From: Escherichia coli
GTDB taxonomy: Bacteria > Pseudomonadota > Gammaproteobacteria > Enterobacterales > Enterobacteriaceae
DNA length: 64,000 nt
Strand: one strand, 5' to 3'
Assembly: GCF_003334305.1 (NCBI RefSeq)
Contig: NZ_QOWS01000018.1
The translations under genes and the position numbers were made by a program. A model generated the notes under the pieces. That model was not told the DNA's origin and did not search any database. It saw only the letters and a program-made list of their open reading frames with translations. Of this stretch, positions 57,607 to 62,617 are shown in pieces (position 1 is the first letter of the stretch; each line of letters starts with the position of its first letter).

Positions 57607-57894
57607 CTAATTTCTCTTAAAGTCTCGGACTTGCATAAGATTTTTTGGTCTGGTATCGGCTCTGTTACCATTTCGATGGATAATTTGCTTGTTGGATTGA
57701 TAGCCATGATAAAGAAACCAGACAACATATTTCACGTAGAAAGTATATCGGCCTATATTAAATGTTTTGTTGCCGTAGTCGTCGGTGTTTATCGTGACTG
57801 ACTCTCCATCAGACCAGCACAGGGAATCACTGGATTCATCATAGATAAGGTGTTCTGCAAAATATCTTCTAACATCTTCATTCCAAGGTTTCAT
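57607..57894 (-). CDS. HNH-like small protein (degenerate motif)
   Basis: 95 aa. YVVWFLYHGYQSNKQIIHRNGNRADTRPKNL resembles the HNH_3-type pattern (aHRlvw...G..idHiNGn..DNR..NL), but the usual Asp preceding the His and the DNR Asn are substituted. Confidence 0.5.
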   Translation of the reverse strand: MKPWNEDVRRYFAEHLIYDESSDSLCWSDGESVTINTDDYGNKTFNIGRYTFYVKYVVWFLYHGYQSNKQIIHRNGNRADTRPKNLMQVRDFKRN

Positions 57895-58106
57895 AAAACC
57901 TCCTCACCCCAATAACCTAATTCAATCTTGTGACGCTCAAACCATTCCGGTTTAACTGCTGTTTTCAGTACTTCATTTGGGCCAATGGCTTTAATGAAAA
58001 TATCTTTTGAGTTATGGATGTCACCGAATCCGTTTCCTTCAATCAGGAGGTCGGAGATGTAGCGAATCATTTTATCCGTGTGGTATTCAAAGGTAACGCA
58101 TAGCAT
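57891..58106 (-). CDS. Hypothetical protein (71 aa)
   Basis: ORF coupled at both ends: TAATG with the upstream gene and ATGA with the downstream gene. No family recognised. Confidence 0.6.
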   Translation of the reverse strand: MLCVTFEYHTDKMIRYISDLLIEGNGFGDIHNSKDIFIKAIGPNEVLKTAVKPEWFERHKIELGYWGEEVL

Positions 58107-58387
58107 TAAACCTCCAGAGACAGCTTGTGAATCTTAAGACTCAATAGACGGGCAATATCAATTTTAAAGCCGTTAAGTCCCTTCAAAGTATCTAAAGCGT
58201 CCTGAGTAATTCGGATGTGTTTACGACCTTTAGAGACTGGATATTTAAGTAAATCCGACTCAGTAACCTCTTTAGCAATTGCAAGCTGCATAACAGTCTG
58301 ATGAGGTAAGTTAGTAGCTCGTTTAATTCTGGCAAGCTCGTTAAAAGCTTCCTCTGAAATGCGGGTTAAAGTGTGTTTGTTTTTCAT
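58106..58387 (-). CDS. Putative tandem ribbon-helix-helix DNA-binding protein (93 aa)
   Basis: Two internal segments look like an RHH beta-strand plus helix: KHTLTRISEEAFNELARIKR and RKHIRITQDALDTLKGLNG. Inference from the pattern only. Confidence 0.4.
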   Translation of the reverse strand: MKNKHTLTRISEEAFNELARIKRATNLPHQTVMQLAIAKEVTESDLLKYPVSKGRKHIRITQDALDTLKGLNGFKIDIARLLSLKIHKLSLEV

Positions 58388-58388
58388 T

Positions 58389-58943
58389 TTAAAATTCCTC
58401 TGTAACTAAATACGGGTCAAATTCAAAGTCTGGTTCACTGGTTGTAAGGCTGATATTTCCAACTTCCGCATGATGATTAATTGTCTCAATAACTTTCATG
58501 CAAATAGTGGCTAAGTTAGCGCAATATTTATCACTTGGTAATTCGTAGCTAAGTCTGGTTGCTTGTCTTTGAAGATGGCTCGTCACTGTGCTTGAACTAA
58601 TCTCATCAAGACTTCGCAGTAAATAAAAAACCTTCCGGTGATAATTATCTCTTCCAAGACTGCGACAAGTACCGATAATTACATCTTCAATTCGTGGCGG
58701 TAATTGCTCGTAAGAATCAAAGCCCATCAAGAAAGTTTTTAAAGTATTCTCTTTTTCTTTGCGTGCTGGCATAAATCTGTCTCGTGGCGTAATGCTACGA
58801 ATGACCGCTTCAATGTTCTTACGTTCGGATTTGCTAAAGGTTGGGACTTCGTAGCTGGTGGGGGTGTCTGTGTGGCTGTAACCGTTGTGTCTGTTGCGTT
58901 CTCTTGATGCCTGAAGCATCGCTCTAAATTCTCTGTCGTTCAT
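58389..58943 (-). CDS. Hypothetical protein (184 aa), first gene of the leftward operon
   Basis: ORF MNDREFRAMLQASRERNRHNGYSHTD... directly downstream of the promoter at 58994-59022. No family recognised. Confidence 0.65.
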   Translation of the reverse strand: MNDREFRAMLQASRERNRHNGYSHTDTPTSYEVPTFSKSERKNIEAVIRSITPRDRFMPARKEKENTLKTFLMGFDSYEQLPPRIEDVIIGTCRSLGRDNYHRKVFYLLRSLDEISSSTVTSHLQRQATRLSYELPSDKYCANLATICMKVIETINHHAEVGNISLTTSEPDFEFDPYLVTEEF

Positions 58944-58993
58944 TCATAAGCTAGTCCTTATAATTGTTAATTCTCTGTTAACTTATATATACA

Positions 58994-59022
58994 ATACTAG
59001 CATTTTCAAAGACTAATGTCAA
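58994..59022 (-). promoter_or_regulatory. Sigma70-type promoter of the leftward operon
   Basis: TTGACA (complement of 59017-59022), a 17-bp spacer, then TAGTAT (complement of 58994-58999). Confidence 0.6.
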
Positions 59023-59029
59023 GCATTTT

Positions 59030-59059
59030 TTAACATTTCATTAACATCTGTGGTATAAT
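59030..59059 (+). promoter_or_regulatory. Divergent extended -10 promoter (rightward)
   Basis: TTAACA (59030-59035), then TGG-TATAAT (TG at 59051-59052, TATAAT at 59054-59059). Back-to-back with the leftward promoter. Confidence 0.55.
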
Positions 59060-59186
59060 GGTTCTATGGGGAGAGTAAAATATAAAGGCGTGGCTATGAG
59101 GTTTATTCGATAGGGGTTGGTACAAGCCCAACCAACCGAATCAACTATGTATGTCACATGGTATTGCATTGCACACAGGAAATTTA

Positions 59187-59363
59187 ATGGTAAATCTCCC
59201 TCCTGAACTGGGGTCACCTGATGTATGGGCTGGTGGAGGTATCGGGCTGATTGCAGGTCTGTTACTCCGCTACGTCCTTGTCAGAGTGCTTGTTGTGTTC
59301 CGATTGTTCGGTCGTACATGGACGCTTGACCTTAAGGATAATGAGCACACAGAACCCCGTTAA
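59187..59363 (+). CDS. Candidate small membrane protein (58 aa; 70 aa if started at 59151)
   Basis: MVNLPPELGSPDVWAGGGIGLIAGLLLRYVLVRVLVVFRLFGRTW... contains one hydrophobic helix. AGGAA lies 5 nt upstream of ATG 59187, while the ATG at 59151 has no RBS. The local composition is more GC-rich than its neighbours. Confidence 0.45.
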   Translation: MVNLPPELGSPDVWAGGGIGLIAGLLLRYVLVRVLVVFRLFGRTWTLDLKDNEHTEPR

Positions 59364-59406
59364 GCTCCCTTCAAATCCCCCTGTACGAGATGGCATAGGG
59401 GTGTCT

Positions 59407-59422
59407 TTAGCATTTTGTGCTA
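59407..59422. promoter_or_regulatory. Operator-like inverted repeat TTAGCA-N5-TGCTA
   Basis: TTAGCATTTTGTGCTA. The 18-nt box TCTTTAGCATTTTGTGCT (59404-59421) recurs at 60678-60695, and each copy is followed by (A)CTTGACA(G/A)AA. Confidence 0.45.
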
Positions 59423-59483
59423 TCTATTAAAAAATAACTTGACAGAACCGGAAAGCTGTATCTATCAGGTATTCACCTCTCTG

Positions 59484-59559
59484 ACAGTAACTTCTAAAAG
59501 TTCTTATTTTTCAATGAGTTGTAATCACCCATATATAGAGAACTGACAAGTCTCTTCAC
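59484..59559 (+). repeat. 76-bp direct repeat, copy 1
   Basis: ACAGTAACTTCTAAAAGTTCTTATTTTTCAATGAGTTGTAATCACCCATATATAGAGAACTGACAAGTCTCTTCAC. About 89% identical to copy 2, and the last 31 nt are identical. Confidence 0.9.
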
Positions 59560-59578
59560 AATTAACTCTGTAACCTTA

Positions 59579-59654
59579 ACAGTGATTTCTAAAAATGCTT
59601 ATTTTTCAATAAGTTGTAATTAGCCATATATAGAGAACTGACAAGTCTCTTCAC
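59579..59654 (+). repeat. 76-bp direct repeat, copy 2
   Basis: ACAGTGATTTCTAAAAATGCTTATTTTTCAATAAGTTGTAATTAGCCATATATAGAGAACTGACAAGTCTCTTCAC. The period is 95 bp. Confidence 0.9.
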
Positions 59655-59971
59655 GGAGAACTTCCTGGACTCACTAAGATACAAGGCGATAACCCCAGAA
59701 AGGGAGAGCCACCTTCTAATTGGTATTGTTATGAGGATGCTTCATCCGAATCATCTACCAATCCCTAAACCGACTTCTTAAACAATCTTTACAGACCCCG
59801 TTCACCAGTCTCAATATTTTTATTTCTCGCTCTTCGTTTGTTGCTCGTTTCTATTATTGAGGGGGTTTGAAAAACCTCTGTAAAATAACCCTTCCAGTAA
59901 AAAGCGAATAACCCCAGAGAGGGGGAATCGCCTCTTTAACATTCTCATAATCAGTGCTCTATATGAGAATT

Positions 59972-60640
59972 TCAGCCCAACCTTTGAACAATCTTGTAAG
60001 TGGTGCTTAGAGGCATTCTTAGCGATTCTGCGATGCTCTTGACGGATTGCCCTTGGCCATGCAGTTTAATCAGCCTGTCAAGCGTCTGTGCATCGTGTAT
60101 ATGAGGTCTTCCACGTAAACCACCCCTGTTAACCACGGCAAGTAAAAGCATTGTGTCGCCACAATAGATTGTTTGTGTAACTTCAACCTTCGGTTTACGG
60201 GGTGTGTTCCTGTATATCAAAACGCAACTTGCAAACGGTGAACGCACTACAACACCTTTCTTCCCTGCTGGTGGAAGGTATTTGACTGCTCGGTGTAACG
60301 TTCGAATCTCATGCAGAAAGGGGTTTGTATATACACACCGAAGCCAGTAAGTTGTCTTTGACCTGTGCGGAACCAGACATACACACACATCAGCTTCATG
60401 GGATTTTAGGAGGAACCTTTCAGCCATGCTAAACGGCGGGTTAACGAAGACCCGTTCACCAACCCATGATTGATTGTGAATATCATCGGTGAACCGTGGC
60501 AACAATGCGTCATGCTCAGTTGCAGCACCATCCATCGAAAAACCAAATTCACGGTGTAGGTTACGAAATAAACGATACGGTGTACGCCAGTCATCAGAAC
60601 CACCATGATAACGACCGACATTGATTATTGGATGTGACAC
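59972..60640 (-). CDS. Phage Dam-type N6-adenine DNA methyltransferase fused to a C-terminal HTH
   Basis: 222 aa with a GTG start. SDDWRTPYRLFRNLHREFGFSMDGAAT and VFVNPPFS (NPPF catalytic motif) fit the phage Dam family (pfam05869-like, from memory). The C-terminal GQSVKSIAESLRMPLSTTYKIVQRL looks like a resolvase-type HTH. Confidence 0.75.
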   Translation of the reverse strand: MSHPIINVGRYHGGSDDWRTPYRLFRNLHREFGFSMDGAATEHDALLPRFTDDIHNQSWVGERVFVNPPFSMAERFLLKSHEADVCVCLVPHRSKTTYWLRCVYTNPFLHEIRTLHRAVKYLPPAGKKGVVVRSPFASCVLIYRNTPRKPKVEVTQTIYCGDTMLLLAVVNRGGLRGRPHIHDAQTLDRLIKLHGQGQSVKSIAESLRMPLSTTYKIVQRLG

Positions 60641-60677
60641 AAGCGAAGCGCCCCTCTTAGTATATTTCTTAATCGTC

Positions 60678-60724
60678 TCTTTAGCATTTAGTGCTTTTTG
60701 TTAAGTTTAGCACTTTTTGCTAAA
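60678..60724. promoter_or_regulatory. Two operator-like inverted repeats upstream of the methyltransferase gene
   Basis: TTAGCATTTAGTGCT (60681-60695) and the perfect TTTAGCA-CTTTT-TGCTAAA (60706-60724), followed by TTGACA at 60735-60740. Confidence 0.45.
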
Positions 60725-61142
60725 GACAAAACACTTGACAAAATGGTAAGATTGTTCACATGACCTTACTTAACAGATTCTTAAGAGCTTTGAAACGAAC
60801 TGTTTAACAAGGTCACTACCTCTGGTCTTATCGTTCCCTCTCTTCTTGGTAGTTCTGTTAAGTATCTTTTCAGGTATCTCTTACAGTCACTGTTAAGATA
60901 GAACCTACCTTCGGTTTCATGGTTCTCTTCCTCCCGTTAAATATCCCTTCACAGTCAGACTAAATAACACCTCTGTAGTTTCTTGGTAGAATCTTTCAAG
61001 GTAACTTAACTCTGAGTTTATGAAGTTGACCTTAGTCAATGTTTGTGAAGGTGTTACAGAGCATGTTCTCTAGGTCTGTGTAGCTCACTAAGCGAGAGAG
61101 GGGATATGTGACCATAGGGGAACCCCTCCTGTTAAAAGTTTC

Positions 61143-61170
61143 TTGATGTTATCATCACAATATGTATAAT
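61143..61170 (+). promoter_or_regulatory. Sigma70-type promoter (plus strand) in an ORF-free region
   Basis: TTGATG (61143-61148), a 16-bp spacer, then TATAAT (61165-61170). Confidence 0.55.
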
Positions 61171-61176
61171 CACCAA

Positions 61177-61337
61177 CTGTACAGACACCTTAACGGTTTC
61201 TCTACACCTCACTATGGCTAGGTAGGGTATGGTTTAGCTTGGTACGGCTAGGTTAGGTCTGGTTTGGTTAGGTATGGGTGGATTGTCGTAGCCACGTTAA
61301 AAATCGACTTATAGGGACTCTTTCGGGAGTCCTTTTT
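61177..61337 (+). ncRNA. Candidate ~160-nt small RNA with tandem 15-nt G/T-rich units
   Basis: Bounded by the promoter at 61143-61170 and the terminator at 61315-61337. It contains no ORF longer than 5 codons. Five consecutive 15-nt units begin at 61216, 61231, 61246, 61261 and 61276 (GGCTAGGTAGGGTAT / GGTTTAGCTTGGTAC / GGCTAGGTTAGGTCT / GGTTTGGTTAGGTAT / GGGTGGATTGTCGTA). Confidence 0.35.
61315..61337 (+). terminator. Rho-independent terminator (plus strand)
   Basis: GGACTC (61315-61320), loop TTTCGG, GAGTCC (61327-61332), then TTTTT (61333-61337). Confidence 0.65.
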
Positions 61338-61541
61338 AGTTTGTATAAAATCTGTACAGGAGTTATCAGGCTTCTAAAATTTTTATAAAAAATAATCAGA
61401 CCTCTTCTAAGCCTCTTCAACCAAATCTTTCGAAAATATCTGACAGATGTCTGTAGCTGCTAAGTACCCGTCACACCAGCTATGTGACCCCCTTGGCAAA
61501 AAAGCCAAATATCAGCTACATCCATGTAACTATTCAGTAAC

Positions 61542-62093
61542 TTATTTAGCAAGTCTGTAATAAGTTGCTCTAGAGATTCCTAACTCTTCCTGAATCTGCA
61601 ACCTCGTCTTACCTTGTGAAATAAGCGTCTGTACAGCCTCTGAAGAAGCCTTTACAGGCCTCCCCATATGTACCCCTTCAGCTTTAGCACGTTCAATACC
61701 AGCCTTTCTACGCTCTGCTATCAAGCTTCTTTCAAGCTGTGCCAACGTTGACATAATGCCTAACATTGCTTCACCCATAGCGCTTGATAAGTCAAACCCT
61801 TCTCTAAGGCTGATAACTGTCACACCTTTAGCCTGTAGCGCTTTAACCGTTGATAACACATCAATTGTGTCACGTCCAAGACGGTCTACAGCTACCACAA
61901 CTACGGTGTCACCTTCTCGTGCATAAGCTAACAAACTACTGAAACCGTTTCTTAAAGAAGCTTTGACAGAACCACTGACAGCTTCATCAGTGAACCATTT
62001 AGCAATGTTGTACCCTGCCTCTTCAATTTGCATTTGCTGGTTAGTGATGGATTGGTCATCTGTACTCACCCTGCAATATCCAAGTATCGCCAT
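61542..62093 (-). CDS. Small serine recombinase (resolvase/invertase family)
   Basis: 183 aa. MAILGYCRVSTDDQ (Ser nucleophile), VVAVDRLGRD, an E-helix LAQLERSLIAERRKAGIERAKAEG, GRP, and a C-terminal HTH ISRATYYRLAK. Confidence 0.9.
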   Translation of the reverse strand: MAILGYCRVSTDDQSITNQQMQIEEAGYNIAKWFTDEAVSGSVKASLRNGFSSLLAYAREGDTVVVVAVDRLGRDTIDVLSTVKALQAKGVTVISLREGFDLSSAMGEAMLGIMSTLAQLERSLIAERRKAGIERAKAEGVHMGRPVKASSEAVQTLISQGKTRLQIQEELGISRATYYRLAK

Positions 62094-62107
62094 ACATCCC
62101 CCTTAGA

Positions 62108-62231
62108 AGTCTCAAAAGTTAGTCTCATAAGTTTAGCTGTCTCATAATCCAAAAACAACCTTTTGAGACTACTTGAGGGTGCATTCTACCGTTACGTTGA
62201 AAGTGTCTCAAAAGGAAGTCCTTTTAAGACT
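62108..62231. promoter_or_regulatory. res-like cluster of recombinase binding sites
   Basis: There are six GTCTCA / T(G/A)AGAC half-sites. They include a 28-bp inverted pair TGTCTCAAAAGGAAGTCCTTTTAAGACT (62204-62231), a 33-bp inverted pair TGTCTCATAATCCAAAAACAACCTTTTGAGACT (62138-62170), and AGTCTCAAAAGTTAGTCTCATAA (62108-62130) next to the recombinase start. Confidence 0.6.
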
Positions 62232-62427
62232 GGTTATGAAGGAGCTATGAAGATTTTAGGAGGGTAACTATAACCATCACTTTCTAACTTTCACGTAGGA
62301 AATCGTTAAGTTTCTTGATAGTTACACCATGTGACCAACTATCTATATATCGTTATATAGCCCTGTATATAACACTTTTCTAGGAGTCGAGAGAGGGACG
62401 ACTAACACGATACAGTTTACCCTGAAA

Positions 62428-62447
62428 AGAGACTTCACAGATTCTCT
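62428..62447. repeat. Inverted partial third copy of the 76-bp repeat core
   Basis: AGAGACTTCACAGATTCTCT compares with the reverse complement of AGAGAACTGACAAGTCTCT (59537-59555 and 59632-59650). It is flanked by TCTCTATATAT and TTCAATAAGTT, which are also shared with the repeats. Confidence 0.7.
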
Positions 62448-62610
62448 ATATATTTCAATAAGTTAGGCTAAAAAGAGACTATACCGATACTGTATAGAAT
62501 CTGTGTAGAATTGCTTAGATACTTGGAAAAATGCCTTTAAATTGAATAGGTACTAACCTGTTTATGTCCTGTTATTAACAGGTAGTTGAATGTACGTGTT
62601 TAGCTATGTA

Positions 62611-62617
62611 AAAGCAC
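62611..62617. repeat. attR junction core (AAAGCAC)
   Basis: Identity with the native wrbA 5' end as recalled resumes here (AAAGCACCAGAACTTTAGCCAT is the complement of ATGGCTAAAGTTCTGGTGCTTT). Confidence 0.75.

Larger units (their letters stand above)
50663..62617. mobile_element. About 11.95-kb integrative element in the wrbA 5' end; phage-satellite-like or a remnant prophage, using a large serine recombinase
   Basis: It interrupts the wrbA 5' end and is flanked by AAAGCAC at both junctions. The integrase gene is 76 bp inside the left end. The interval is visibly AT-rich compared with its flanks and has phage-type gene content. Confidence 0.85.

Noticed and set aside
59060-59400. A possible tRNA- or tmRNA-like structured RNA in the rightward transcript (hairpin GGTTGG/CCAACC at 59115-59133, GC-richer composition)
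   Set aside because: I could not fold a cloverleaf or find T-arm (GTTCGAATC-like) or acceptor/CCA features by eye. The small membrane ORF with an AGGAA RBS is a simpler explanation. This would need tRNAscan or Infernal to exclude properly.
59484-59654. The direct repeats considered as a CRISPR array
   Set aside because: There are only two copies, 76 bp long, with a 19-bp spacer. No cas genes are present and the repeat architecture does not match. This is not a CRISPR.
61143-61541. A type III toxin-antitoxin locus (tandem-repeat RNA followed by a toxin gene)
   Set aside because: The promoter, tandem-repeat and terminator layout fits. However, no plus-strand ORF follows the terminator, and the next gene is the convergent recombinase. 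It is kept only as a formal analogy in the sRNA finding.
50663-62617. Stx-converting or other lambdoid prophage at wrbA
   Set aside because: wrbA is a known Stx-phage integration locus. This element, however, is only about 12 kb, uses a serine rather than tyrosine integrase, and contains no stx, Q, cI/cro, lysis or capsid genes.
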